Shown piece after piece: positions 19,272 through 29,089 of a DNA stretch of 64,000 nucleotides. The stretch's first letter is position 1. Every line of letters starts with the position of its first letter. The notes under the pieces were generated by a model. The model saw only the letters and a program-made list of their open reading frames with translations, was not told where the DNA came from and made no database searches. Source of the stretch: Alphaproteobacteria bacterium (lineage in GTDB: Bacteria > Pseudomonadota > Alphaproteobacteria > Bin95); NCBI GenBank assembly GCA_963665325.3, contig CAXXWS020000002.1, positions 160,001 through 224,000 on the forward strand, read 5' to 3'. A program made the position numbers and the translations under genes.

Positions 19272-19886
19272 CTATCCGTGCATCATAGAAACGCTTTCTG
19301 CGGGCGAAGCCGGACCTGCGCCGAGCGCGCAAAAGCCGGTCCACGGCATCAGCCAGACCAGGCTCCGCAGCAGCCGCGAGCGGAAGCCACGGCCCCGCAT
19401 GATGCGCAGCAGCCGGCGCAGCGGCGCCTCTTCGGGCGGCGCCGCCAGCTCGCCCCGTCTCGCCTGCCACTCCCGGGTCAGCGGGAAGGCTTCCAGCCAC
19501 CAGCGCCGCCAGCGCTTCAGCGTCGAGGCCGGAACCCCGCACCGCCGCGCGATCGTCTGCAACCGCGCGCCGCCGGCCACAGCCAGCGCACTCACCACAA
19601 GGAACAGCGCCCCGACGTAAAAGCGCCTGCCGAAGAAACGCACCGACGGCGGCTTCACGCGGCGTCGGCACACCGAACAGCACAGGCTGAAGCGCCGAAC
19701 GTCGTTCCGAAGATTCGCCGCCAGACCGTGCGGCTTGCGCGGGTAGCTCGCGCTGTGAAGCGCGCCGCCGCAGCGCGGGCAACCCGCCGCCCGGCACGCC
19801 TCCGCCTCGGCCGCGTCGACCTGCTTCAGAAAATCCCAAACCCGGGCGTTGGAGAGATTGGAGTGCCGGAACAGCTTGTGCGACAT
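19272..19886 (-). CDS. Transposon ORF1: Zn-ribbon plus HTH hypothetical protein
   Basis: CPRC...CCSVC and IARRCGVPASTLKRWRRWW. Confidence 0.7.
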   Translation of the reverse strand: MSHKLFRHSNLSNARVWDFLKQVDAAEAEACRAAGCPRCGGALHSASYPRKPHGLAANLRNDVRRFSLCCSVCRRRVKPPSVRFFGRRFYVGALFLVVSALAVAGGARLQTIARRCGVPASTLKRWRRWWLEAFPLTREWQARRGELAAPPEEAPLRRLLRIMRGRGFRSRLLRSLVWLMPWTGFCALGAGPASPAESVSMMHG

Positions 19887-20032
19887 TGGGGCCGTCTCAG
19901 GTTGATGTCACTGTCACCGAGACAAGCCCTCCGGCGGCCTTCTTGCAAGATCGCCGGGGGCACCCAATCCAAAACCTCGATTAATCCGAGCCGATCAGCC
20001 CCTGATCGCCGCTGAAAGCCTGCGCCCGCTCA

Positions 20033-20924
20033 AGGGGATCACATTGGCGAGCCCGCAGACCTTGATGATGTCCGGCGCGTGGCCGCCGCCGGCTCCTTCG
20101 GTATGAAAGGCGTGGATCGTGCGGTCCTTGAAGGCGGCGACGGTGTGCTCGACGAAGCCCGACTCGTTGAGTGTGTCGGTATGGATCATCACCTGGACGT
20201 CCATCGCGTCGGCGACGCCGAGGCAGGTGTCGATGGCCGCGGGCGTTGTGCCCCAGTCCTCGTGGAGCTTGAGCGCGCACGCGCCCGCCCGCACCTGCTC
20301 CTCCAGCGCGGCCGGAAGGCTTGCGTTGCCCTTGCCCGCGAAGCCCAGGTTCATGGCGAAGCCGTCGGCCGCCTCGATCATGCGCTGCAGGTGCCAGGGA
20401 CCCGGCGTGCAGGTCGTGGCATTGGTGCCGGTCGCGGGACCGGTGCCGCCGCCCAGCATCGATGTGATGCCGGATGCGAGCGCCTCCTCGATCTGCTGCG
20501 GGCAGATGAAGTGGATATGGCAGTCGAAGCCGCCGGCGGTGACGATCTTGCCTTCGCCGGCGACGATCTCCGTGCCCGGACCGATGACGATGTCCACCCC
20601 GTCCTGGATATCGGGGTTGCCCGCCTTGCCGACCGCCTGGATACGTCCGTCCCGGATGCCGATATCCGCCTTGACGACACCCCAATGGTCGAGGATCAGC
20701 GCATTCGTCACCACCGTGTCGGCGGAGCCCTCGGCCCGCGTCGCCTGCGACTGGCCCATGCCGTCGCGGATAACCTTGCCACCCCCGAATTTGACCTCGT
20801 CGCCATAGGCGGTGAAGTCGCGCTCGACCTCGATGAACAGCTCGGTATCGGCGAGGCGGACCCGGTCGCCCACGGTCGGACCGAACATGTCTGCATAGTC
20901 GCGGCGGGGGATCGCGTAGGCCAT
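20033..20924 (-). pseudogene. ureC: ureC 5' fragment (interrupted by transposon)
   Basis: [44 protein letters not shown], ending NVIP at the junction. Confidence 0.95.
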
Positions 20925-20925
20925 G

Positions 20926-21243
20926 TCAGCCCTCCCGGTCGAGCGCGCCCATGACCCGCCCGTTGAAGCCGAGGGCGCGCCGGACGCCGCGATAGGGAAC
21001 CAGCGTCGCCAGGCGTGTTTGACCCGGCTCGAAGCGCATGGCTGTGCCGGCCGGGATGTCGAGGCGCCACCCCCGCGCCTGTTCTCGATCGAATTGCAGC
21101 GCCGGATTAACTTCGAAGAAATGGAAATGGCTGCCGACCTGAACAGGCCGGTCGCCGCCGTTCGCAACCTCGATCTCCACAGTCTCGAGGCCCCGGTTGA
21201 GCAGGAGCTCGCCCTCGGCAGTCATAATTTCCCCCGGAATCAT
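20926..21243 (-). CDS. ureB: Urease beta subunit
   Basis: [22 protein letters not shown]. Confidence 0.97.
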   Translation of the reverse strand: MIPGEIMTAEGELLLNRGLETVEIEVANGGDRPVQVGSHFHFFEVNPALQFDREQARGWRLDIPAGTAMRFEPGQTRLATLVPYRGVRRALGFNGRVMGALDREG

Positions 21244-21253
21244 CGCATCCCCC

Positions 21254-21556
21254 TCAGCGGATCGGGTTGTGGACGGTGACCAGCTTTACCCCGTCGGGGA
21301 AGGTCGCCTCCACCTGCACGTCGTGGATCATCTCCGCCACGCCTTCCATCACCTGCTCCCGTGAGACGACATGGGCGCCGGCCTCCATCAGGTCGGCGAC
21401 GCGCCGCCCGTCTCGTGCGCCCTCCACCACGAAATCGGAGATCAGGGCAATGGCCTCCGGGTGATTGAGGCTGACGCCGCGCTCCAGCCGGCGACGGGCG
21501 ACGACGGCGGCCATGGCAACCAGCAGCTTGTCCTTTTCGCGTGGGGTAAGGCGCAT
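21254..21556 (-). CDS. ureA: Urease gamma subunit
   Basis: [11 protein letters not shown] ... [18 protein letters not shown]. Confidence 0.97.
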   Translation of the reverse strand: MRLTPREKDKLLVAMAAVVARRRLERGVSLNHPEAIALISDFVVEGARDGRRVADLMEAGAHVVSREQVMEGVAEMIHDVQVEATFPDGVKLVTVHNPIR

Positions 21557-21573
21557 GAGAAATCCGTTCTCCT

Positions 21574-22434
21574 TCAACAAAGCCAGACGCGCGGCGCCAG
21601 GGCCGGGCGGTCGAATACGGACGCGCGCAAGGCACCCAGAAACTCGGCGAGCTCTCGCTTGAACGCACCGCCCTCCGGAGCCAGGAACCGCACCGCCACC
21701 AATCCCCTGACCGCGCTGGCGCCCGCGAATGCCGACATGCCCGACAGCAAGCGGCGCAGGTCTTCCAGGCGTTCCGCGGCATCGGGCGCCGCGTAGATCA
21801 GCGTCGCCGACACGCGCGCTCCGCGAAGGCCCGCTTCCGCCGCTGCAGCAGACTCGAATGCGCCGCTGCCGATGCGAAGCGCGTCCCGCCAGACCGGCCG
21901 GCCGTCCCGGTCGATCCGCCAACGGTCGGCAAGGCCGCCGCTCACCATCCGCTCGCCATGCGCGGCGCGCCCGAACACAAGCGTCTCGACAGCCAGCAGC
22001 CGTGCATCGTCCGCCATGTCCACCTCGATCCGCCGCCGGAGCCGCGCGCCGTCGAAAAGGATCGTTTCCTGCGGCAGCCATTCGAGCGTGGTGCCGGGCC
22101 CGAGAGTGAGTCGTGTCGTCCACTCGGCCGGCGCGTCTATGGCGCGGTACACTTTCTCCGCCGCCTGGCCGGAAACAACGGCCTCCGCGCCAGGCCCGAC
22201 TGCGACACCGACTTCGCACCGGTCTCCCCCGGCAATGCCGCCCGCCAGATTGGCAATCACCGCTTCCGGGACGCCGTTCACGGCTCGCGGCGTCAGTATC
22301 CGCATCGGCGCTCGGGAATAGCGCTCGACAAGCGCACTGCGGCCGTCCCGCGCTTCGAAGCGCAGCAGGGCCCGACCCCGGCTCCGCTGGAGCACAAGGT
22401 CAGACGCTGAGGCGACGCTGCAGATCGTCTTCAT
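21574..22434 (-). CDS. ureD: Urease accessory protein UreD
   Basis: [31 protein letters not shown]; start uncertain. Confidence 0.92.
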   Translation of the reverse strand: MKTICSVASASDLVLQRSRGRALLRFEARDGRSALVERYSRAPMRILTPRAVNGVPEAVIANLAGGIAGGDRCEVGVAVGPGAEAVVSGQAAEKVYRAIDAPAEWTTRLTLGPGTTLEWLPQETILFDGARLRRRIEVDMADDARLLAVETLVFGRAAHGERMVSGGLADRWRIDRDGRPVWRDALRIGSGAFESAAAAEAGLRGARVSATLIYAAPDAAERLEDLRRLLSGMSAFAGASAVRGLVAVRFLAPEGGAFKRELAEFLGALRASVFDRPALAPRVWLC

Positions 22435-23095
22435 CGAGATCCTCCGGACGGCCTTGCATGACGACTTCGCCCCGGTCCATGACTACGAACATGTCGGCAA
22501 GTTCACGGGCAAAGTCGAAAAACTGTTCGACAAGCAGGATCGCGATATCGCCCCGGCCGGCCAGTTGTGAAATCGCCGCGCCGATCTGCTTGATGATCGA
22601 GGGCTGGATGCCTTCGGTCGGCTCGTCCAGCACCAGAAGACGCGGGCGGGTCGCCAGCGCGCGACCGATCGCCAGTTGCTGCTGCTGCCCGCCGGAGAGA
22701 TCGCCGCCGCGCCGGCGCAGCATGTCCCGCAATACGGGGAACAATGCGAAGATTTCTTCGGGTACCGTGCGCTCGGCGCGGGGCAGCATGCCGAGGCCGG
22801 TCTTCAGATTCTCCTCGACGGTGAGCAACGGAAACACTTCCCGCCCCTGTGGCACCAGCGCGATACCCGCGCGGGCGCGTTCGGCCGTCGTCAGCCGGGT
22901 TATTTCCGCACCTTCCCATTCCACGCTGCCCCGGCGCAGCGGCACATGGCCGACGAGTCCCCGGATCAGACTTGTCTTGCCGACGCCGTTGCGCCCCAGC
23001 AGGCAGGTCACCTCGCCTTTGCGCGCCGTGAGCGACACGCCCTTGAGCGCCTGGCTCGCGCCGTAATAGAGGTCGGCGTCCCGGACCGTCAGCAT
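22400..23095 (-). CDS. urtE: Urea ABC transporter ATP-binding subunit
   Basis: GRNGVGKT, LSGGQQQQL, DEPTEGIQPSII. Confidence 0.93.
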   Translation of the reverse strand: MLTVRDADLYYGASQALKGVSLTARKGEVTCLLGRNGVGKTSLIRGLVGHVPLRRGSVEWEGAEITRLTTAERARAGIALVPQGREVFPLLTVEENLKTGLGMLPRAERTVPEEIFALFPVLRDMLRRRGGDLSGGQQQQLAIGRALATRPRLLVLDEPTEGIQPSIIKQIGAAISQLAGRGDIAILLVEQFFDFARELADMFVVMDRGEVVMQGRPEDLDEDDLQRRLSV

Positions 23096-23110
23096 GGCTC
23101 CCCCATCGCC

Positions 23111-23872
23111 TCAACGCCCCAGATAGACTTCGATAACGGCTTCATTGGCGGATACAGCGTCGAGCGTTCCTTCCGCCAGCATCGCCCCCTCATGGAGCGC
23201 CGTTACCCGGCAATCGAGGGCGCGCACGAACTCCATGTCGTGCTCCACCACGATCACGGAGCGGTCACCGCCTGCGATGCGCTTCAACAGGCTCGCCGTC
23301 CGCATGGTCTCGGCATCGGTCATGCCCGCGGCAGGCTCGTCGATCAGCAGGATGCTGGGGTCCTGGACAAGCAGCATTCCGATTTCCAACCATTGCTTCT
23401 GCCCGTGGCTCAGCAGGCCGGCCCGGTCGTCGGCCCGGTCCCGGAGCGCGATCAGCTCCAGCACTTCTTCGATCCGTCGGCGCCGGTCGGACGACAGCCT
23501 TGCAAACAGCGTCCACCTAGCGCGGCGATCTGCCCGGCAGGCGAGCTCCAGGTTTTCGAACACGCTGTGCGCCTCGAACACGGTCGGCCGCTGGAACTTC
23601 CTGCCGATGCCGAGCCCGGCGATGGCGGCTTCGTCGAGCCTCGTCAGGTCGTGGCGGCCGTGCAACAGAACCTGCCCTTCATCCGGCCGCGTCTTGCCGG
23701 TAATGACATCCATCATTGTCGACTTGCCGGCGCCGTTAGGCCCGATGACAGCGCGCAGCTCGCCCGGCTCCAGATAGAGGCCGAGCCGGTTGAGCGCCTT
23801 GAAGCCGTCGAAACTGACGGTGACGGCATCGAGATAGAGCGCGGCGTTGCTGACTGAAGGATGCTCAACCAT
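23111..23872 (-). CDS. urtD: Urea ABC transporter ATP-binding subunit
   Basis: GPNGAGKS, LSHGQKQWLEIGM. Confidence 0.93.
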   Translation of the reverse strand: MVEHPSVSNAALYLDAVTVSFDGFKALNRLGLYLEPGELRAVIGPNGAGKSTMMDVITGKTRPDEGQVLLHGRHDLTRLDEAAIAGLGIGRKFQRPTVFEAHSVFENLELACRADRRARWTLFARLSSDRRRRIEEVLELIALRDRADDRAGLLSHGQKQWLEIGMLLVQDPSILLIDEPAAGMTDAETMRTASLLKRIAGGDRSVIVVEHDMEFVRALDCRVTALHEGAMLAEGTLDAVSANEAVIEVYLGR

Positions 23873-24962
23873 CGCTGCCCCGCCTTGCCTGCCAGCGGAC
23901 GCGCAGGCTCGCGATTTCTCCGAGAACGCCCTTGGGGACGAACAGGGTGACGGCGATGAACAGGCCGCCGAGCACGAACAGCCACATCTCCGGGGCGGCG
24001 CCCGTCAGGAAGGTCTTGGCGTAGTTGACGAGAACCGCCCCGAGCGCCGCGCCGATCAGCGTGCCCCGGCCGCCCACGGCCACCCAGATGACGATCTCGA
24101 TGGAGTTGGCGGGCGAGAACTCGCTCGGGTTGATGATGCCGACCTGGGGAACGTAGAGCGCCCCCGCTGCCCCGGCCATCATGGCCGAGACGGTGAAAAC
24201 GAGGATCTTGTAGTGCTCGGGCCGGTAGCCGAGAAAGCGCGTCCGCTGCTCCGCATCGCGCACCGCGACAAGCACGCGCCCGAATTTCCCGACCGTCATC
24301 CAGCGGCAAAGCAGGTAGCCCCCGGCCAGCGCAGCGGCGGACGCGAGCAGCAGGCCCGCGCGCATCCCGGCGCCCTTCAGGTCGTGACCGAACAGATCCT
24401 TGAAGTCGGTGAGTCCGTTATTGCCGCCGAAGCCCATGTCGTTGCGGAAGAAGGCGAGCATCAGCGCGAAGGTCATCGCCTGGCTGATGATCGACAGATA
24501 GACGCCGGTGACGCGGCTGCGAAAGGTGAGCCAGCCGAACAGGAACGCGAGCGCTCCGGGCACGGCCAGGCACATGGGGAGCGCGAACCAGGCCGAATCG
24601 AAGCCGTGCCAGTACCAGGGCAGTTCCTTCCAGTCGAGGAACACCATGAAGTCCGGCAGCACAGGATGCCCATAGACCCCGCGCTCGCCGATCTGGCGCA
24701 TCAGGTGCATGCCCATCGCGTAGCCGCCGAGCGCAAAGAACGCGCCGTGCCCGAGGCTCAGGATGCCGGCGAATCCCCAGACGAGATCGACGCTGAGCGC
24801 CAGCAGCGCGAAGCAGAGATACTTGCCGATGAGCCCGACCATGTAGTTGGGCACATGCAATGCCGAGCTTTCCGGCAGGGACAGGTTGAGCGCCGCCGCG
24901 CCGCCCGCCAGCACGGCGAGGGCCACCAGAAAGATGCGTCCCTTGAGGTCGAGCCACGCCAC
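23865..24962 (-). CDS. urtC: Urea ABC transporter permease
   Basis: LSLGHGAFF, GFGGNNGLTDF, PQVGIINP. Confidence 0.93.
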   Translation of the reverse strand: MAWLDLKGRIFLVALAVLAGGAAALNLSLPESSALHVPNYMVGLIGKYLCFALLALSVDLVWGFAGILSLGHGAFFALGGYAMGMHLMRQIGERGVYGHPVLPDFMVFLDWKELPWYWHGFDSAWFALPMCLAVPGALAFLFGWLTFRSRVTGVYLSIISQAMTFALMLAFFRNDMGFGGNNGLTDFKDLFGHDLKGAGMRAGLLLASAAALAGGYLLCRWMTVGKFGRVLVAVRDAEQRTRFLGYRPEHYKILVFTVSAMMAGAAGALYVPQVGIINPSEFSPANSIEIVIWVAVGGRGTLIGAALGAVLVNYAKTFLTGAAPEMWLFVLGGLFIAVTLFVPKGVLGEIASLRVRWQARRGSDG

Positions 24963-24965
24963 GGC

Positions 24966-26651
24966 TCAGAGCTCCGCTGCCCGGCCGCGCATGGCGAAGA
25001 GGCCCTGCGGACGCCGCTGGATGAACAGGATCAGGGCGACCAGCACGACGATCTTGCCGAGCACGGCGCCGGAGAAGGGTTCGATGAACTTGTTGACGAT
25101 GCCGAGCGACATGGCGCCGACGAGCACGCCCCAAAGATTGCCGACACCGCCGAACACGATGACCATGAAGCTGTCGACGATATAGGCCTGGCCCAGATTG
25201 GGGCTCACATTGTCGATCTGGCTGAGAGCGACGCCCGCCATGCCCGCCACGCCGGAACCGAGCGCGAAGGTCATGCAGTCCACATTGCGCGAGCGGATGC
25301 CCATGGCGTTGGCCATCGGGCGGTTCTGGGTAACCGCCCGCATTTCGAGCCCGAAGGTCGTGTAGCGGATGACAGCCATGACCGCGGCCAGCACGGCCAG
25401 CGAGAACAGGATGATCCAGATGCGGTTGTAGGTGATGGCCACGCCGCCGGCGAGCTCGACAGCGCCGCTCATCCACTCGGGATTGCCGACCTCACGGTTT
25501 GTTGGCCCGAAGATCGAACGGACCGCCTGGCGCAGGACGAGGCTCACGCCCCAGGTGGCCAGCAGGGTTTCCAGCGGGCGCCCGTAGAGCCAGCGGATGA
25601 CGGATCGTTCCAGACCGGCGCCGAGCCCCGCCGCAGCAAGGAACGCCACCGGCACCGCGACGGCAAGCGACAGGCCGAAAAGCTCCGGAGCAAAGGTGCG
25701 GAACAGCTCCTGCACGACAAAGGTGGCATAGGCGCCGACCATCACCATCTCGCCATGCGCCATGTTGATGACGCCCATGACGCCGAAAGTGATTGCGAGG
25801 CCCACCGCCGCCAACAGCAGGACCGAGCCCAGGCTGATGCCCTGGAACACCGCGCCGAACTGGCGGTAGAGCTCCAGCCGATTCTCGATCTCTTCCAGGG
25901 CCGTGCGCGCGGCTTCCCGGACGGCGGGGTTGGCTTGCGCATCGCCGACGACCCGCCCCAGGAGGGCGCGCGCCTCCGGCGCCTCGCTCGCGCCCAGCCG
26001 CCCGGCGGCCGCCACCCGGACCGGCGGAGGCGAATCCCGACCGATATCGACCGCCGCAAGCGCGAGCTCCATGGCGGCCCGCACATCCGCATCCGCTTCC
26101 CTGTCGAACGCCGCAGCCAGCAGCGGACGGAGGCCGGGATCGGCGGACTTCAACAGGCCGGCCGCTGCATCCAGGCGCTTTGCACGGTCGGGATGTGTGA
26201 GGTTGAGCCCGGCGAGCGCCGTGCGGATCGCCCGCCTCAGCCGGTTGTTGACCTTGACCTTCTTCAGCACCCTCGACCGCGCCGAACCGGCCTGCTCTCC
26301 GGAAACCGGGTCGAACAGGTCGAGTTCCCGGCCCCTCTTGGCCACGACGAACAGCCGCCCGTCTTCCTTGCGGTAGTAGAGCTTGCCGTCGACCATGGCC
26401 GAGAGCATCGGCGCAGCAGCCGGATGCCCGGACGCCGCGAGCGCCTCCACGCCCGCCATGCGCTTCTTGGCAGATTTCCCGGTCAGCAGCACGAGAGCCG
26501 CCTCGAATCCCTCGGACGCACTGCCGCCGCCGGGAGCCAGACAGGCTCCGGCGGCGAACAGCACCAGGATCAGACGGAAGATTGCGTTGCGAACCGCCAA
26601 GGCTCCACACCTCGCATCGAGGAAAAATTGCGGCGGCCGAAGCCGCCGCAA
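24966..26651 (-). CDS. urtB: Urea ABC transporter permease
   Basis: GVINMAHGE, LETLLATWG; start uncertain. Confidence 0.9.
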   Translation of the reverse strand: MRRLRPPQFFLDARCGALAVRNAIFRLILVLFAAGACLAPGGGSASEGFEAALVLLTGKSAKKRMAGVEALAASGHPAAAPMLSAMVDGKLYYRKEDGRLFVVAKRGRELDLFDPVSGEQAGSARSRVLKKVKVNNRLRRAIRTALAGLNLTHPDRAKRLDAAAGLLKSADPGLRPLLAAAFDREADADVRAAMELALAAVDIGRDSPPPVRVAAAGRLGASEAPEARALLGRVVGDAQANPAVREAARTALEEIENRLELYRQFGAVFQGISLGSVLLLAAVGLAITFGVMGVINMAHGEMVMVGAYATFVVQELFRTFAPELFGLSLAVAVPVAFLAAAGLGAGLERSVIRWLYGRPLETLLATWGVSLVLRQAVRSIFGPTNREVGNPEWMSGAVELAGGVAITYNRIWIILFSLAVLAAVMAVIRYTTFGLEMRAVTQNRPMANAMGIRSRNVDCMTFALGSGVAGMAGVALSQIDNVSPNLGQAYIVDSFMVIVFGGVGNLWGVLVGAMSLGIVNKFIEPFSGAVLGKIVVLVALILFIQRRPQGLFAMRGRAAEL

Positions 26652-26657
26652 TCCCGA

Positions 26658-27941
26658 TCAGAACATCGGCTTTTCGCAGTTGCCGCAGACCCAGGGATAG
26701 GTCCAGTCCGCGGTGAGCCTGGCGCTTTCCGGAATATAGTCGGACCAGGCATCGCCTACGACCGGGCCGTCGGTCTGCCAGACGATCTCGAACTGCCCGT
26801 CGTCCTGCACCTCGCCGATCAGCACCGGCTTGGAGAGGTGGTGGTTGACATTCATCAACGCCGTGGTGCCGGTAAGCGACTTGGCGGTCTGGCCGTACAT
26901 GGCCTGCCGGACCGCATCGACATCGGTGGTTCCGGCCTGCTTCACAGCCTGCGCCCACATCCTGAAGCCGATATAGTGGGCCTCCATCGGGTCGTTGGTG
27001 ACACGGTCCTCATCGCCGATGAACGCATGCCATTTCTCGATGAATGCCTCATTCTCGGGCGTCTCGACCGACATGAAGTAGTTCCATGCGGCGAGATGGC
27101 CGACCAGTGGGCTGGTATCGATGCCTGCAAGCTCCTCCTCGCCGACCGAGAACGCGACCACGGGCAGGTCTTCGGCCATCACGCCCTGGTTCGCCAGTTC
27201 CTTGTAAAAGGGCACATTGGCGTCGCCGTTGATCGTCGAGACGATGGCGGTCTTCTTGCCTTCGCTGGCGAAGGACCGGACCTTCGAGACGATGGTCTGC
27301 CAGTCGGAATGACCGAAGGGCGTGTATTCCTCAAGGATGTCCTCGTCGGAAATGCCCCTGGAATGCAGGAAGGCGCGCAGGATCTTGTTGGTCGTGCGCG
27401 GATAGACATAGTCGGTGCCGAGCAGGGCGAAGCGCTCGGCGCTGCCGCCGTCCTCGCTCATCAGATATTCGACGGCCGGAATTGCCTGCTGGTTGGGCGC
27501 CGCTCCCGTATAGAAAACGTTGCGGGAGGACTCCTCGCCCTCATACTGGACCGGATAGAACAGGAGGCCGTTCAACTCCTCGAACACCGGCAGCACCGAC
27601 TTGCGGCTGACCGAGGTCCAGCAGCCGAAGATGACGGCGACCTTGTCCTTCTCGATCAGCTCGCGCGCCTTCTCGGCGAAAAGCGGCCAGTCCGACGCCG
27701 GATCGACCACGACAGGCTCCACCTGCTTGCCGAGCAGGCCGCCAGCCTTGTTGACGTCATCGATGAGCATCAGCATGGCGTCTTTCAGCGTCGTCTCGCT
27801 GATCGCCATCGTGCCCGAAAGGGAATGCAGGATTCCGACCTTGATCGTCTCGGCCATCGCAGGCGCCGCCGAGACCATTGCCGCCCCGGCGAAAAGGCCG
27901 GCTGCCGCCAGGCCCCGAATGCGGCTCGTCATCGTCTTCAT
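26658..27941 (-). CDS. urtA: Urea ABC transporter substrate-binding protein
   Basis: Signal peptide; LHSLSGTMAISE, GCWTSVSRK, YPVQYEG. Confidence 0.95.
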   Translation of the reverse strand: MKTMTSRIRGLAAAGLFAGAAMVSAAPAMAETIKVGILHSLSGTMAISETTLKDAMLMLIDDVNKAGGLLGKQVEPVVVDPASDWPLFAEKARELIEKDKVAVIFGCWTSVSRKSVLPVFEELNGLLFYPVQYEGEESSRNVFYTGAAPNQQAIPAVEYLMSEDGGSAERFALLGTDYVYPRTTNKILRAFLHSRGISDEDILEEYTPFGHSDWQTIVSKVRSFASEGKKTAIVSTINGDANVPFYKELANQGVMAEDLPVVAFSVGEEELAGIDTSPLVGHLAAWNYFMSVETPENEAFIEKWHAFIGDEDRVTNDPMEAHYIGFRMWAQAVKQAGTTDVDAVRQAMYGQTAKSLTGTTALMNVNHHLSKPVLIGEVQDDGQFEIVWQTDGPVVGDAWSDYIPESARLTADWTYPWVCGNCEKPMF

Positions 27942-27983
27942 AGCGTTTCAACTCCACGCACAGGTTTGCACTGCAACATGAGA

Positions 27984-28000
27984 AGCAAACAACGTGCCAA
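27984..28000 (-). promoter_or_regulatory. Sigma54 (-24/-12) promoter of the urt-ure operon
   Basis: TTGGCAC-GTTGT-TTGCT matches TGGCAC-N5-TTGC(A/T), about 45 bp upstream of urtA. Confidence 0.8.
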
Positions 28001-28064
28001 AACGCGTGAACTGAGCGGTGGAACCGGATGAACGCCATTTCGAGAAGCGGGAACGCTCGAAAAT

Positions 28065-28081
28065 TGCCATATTCTTGCGCA
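28065..28081. promoter_or_regulatory. Putative NtrC enhancer site
   Basis: TGCCATATTCTTGCGCA (TGC-N11-GCA) upstream of the sigma54 promoter. Confidence 0.45.
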
Positions 28082-28279
28082 ATGATGAAATAATAGCCAA
28101 ATCATCGCTGGCTGGCGGTCCAGGAAGGCCTGCCTGTTGATTGGCACCATATCAAAGAGACTTCGTGTTAACGGCGTCGGAAAAATGACGAAGTGGACGC
28201 CTCCTCCCACCGGCATCGCGATGTGCCAAGGTGTTGGTGCATTCGAACCCCCTGAAGGAGGAGGCATCCATGGAAGAGG

Positions 28280-28577
28280 TCAGGTCGTGGACTCGTAAGC
28301 GCGCAGCCAGATTCTGACGGTTGCGATCTTGATCATGGCGAGGAAGTTGGCCGCGAGCTTTTCGTAGCGGGTGGCGATGCGGCGGAACTGCTTGAGCTTG
28401 TTGAAGGCGCGTTCGATACGATTTCACAATCAACACAACGGTTTGCTGAAGGCGTGCCTGGTCTTCGCGCCTTCTCGGTCGGGGATGATCGCGACGGCAT
28501 CGCGTTGCTCGATCAGGTCACGGATCCATTTGGCGTCATAGGCCTTGTCGGCGATGAGGAAACTGTCGGGCGGCAGG
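28280..28577 (-). pseudogene. IS5-family transposase C-terminal remnant
   Basis: IADKAYD ... NRIERAFNKLKQFRRIATRYEK with internal stop codons. Confidence 0.85.
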
Positions 28578-28870
28578 TGTCCAACGTCAGCGCCTGTGGG
28601 ACAGGCTGAGGCATTTTCATAAGGGAGGATTTCTGGCTCATCGCAGTGGCCGAAGGGAACGAAGATGAGACAGAAATCCGCGCGCGCCAAAGAGCCTGCC
28701 TAGAAGACGGTCCGTGACATTCGCCGCCGGACGCGCAAGCAGTATTCGGCGGAGGAGAAGATCCGCATCGTGCTGGAAGGGCTGCGTGGCGAGGACAGCA
28801 TCGCCGCGCTGTGCCGGCGCGAAGGGATCGCGGAGAGCCTGTATTACAGTTGGTCGAAAGAGTTTCTTCC
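28578..28870 (+). mobile_element. IS3-family left end plus truncated orfA
   Basis: Begins TGTCC; MRQKS...RRRTRKQYSAEEKIRIVLEGLRGEDSIAALCRREGI with a premature TAG. Confidence 0.85.
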
Positions 28871-28895
28871 GTAGTGGGGCTTTTGTCGTCAAGTG

Positions 28896-28997
28896 TACGA
28901 ACAACGCATCGACGTCTCCGAAGCCAGGATCCATGTGGCCTTGGGAAGCCTCCTGCTACGAAGAATCGCCCATTGAATACATTCTCAAACGGACTCT
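28896..28997 (+). mobile_element. IS5-family (IS1031-like) transposase C-terminus and right end
   Basis: YEQRIDVSEARIHVALGSLLLRRIAH* followed by TTCTCAAACGGACTCT. Confidence 0.65.
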
Positions 28998-29020
28998 CAG
29001 CGTGACGGGCCTTTGCCCGG

Positions 29021-29042
29021 CCTCCCCCGCAAGCGGGAGAGG
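29021..29042. repeat. REP-like palindrome
   Basis: CCTCCCCCGC-AA-GCGGGAGAGG, resembling alphaproteobacterial extragenic palindromes. Confidence 0.5.
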
Positions 29043-29089
29043 AGATATTTGAGGCAATCGGCTCAGGCGCCAGTCGGCGATGGCGGGTA

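Larger units (their letters stand above)
15650..20032 (-). mobile_element. 4,383-bp four-gene DDE transposon, TG...CA ends, 4-bp TSD (AGGG)
   Basis: AGGG at 15646-15649 and 20033-20036; ends TGAGTGTGCTC / TGAGCGGGCGC; removing the element plus one TSD copy restores NVIPSSTNPT. Confidence 0.93.

Noticed and set aside
15650-20032. Self-splicing intron, IStron or intein explanation for the split ureC
   Set aside because: No group I/II intron features, RT or intein motifs seen; TG...CA ends, a TSD and a DDE transposase explain it.
23847-28031. 1394-aa plus-strand ORF
   Set aside because: Antisense shadow of urtABC; no recognisable domains.
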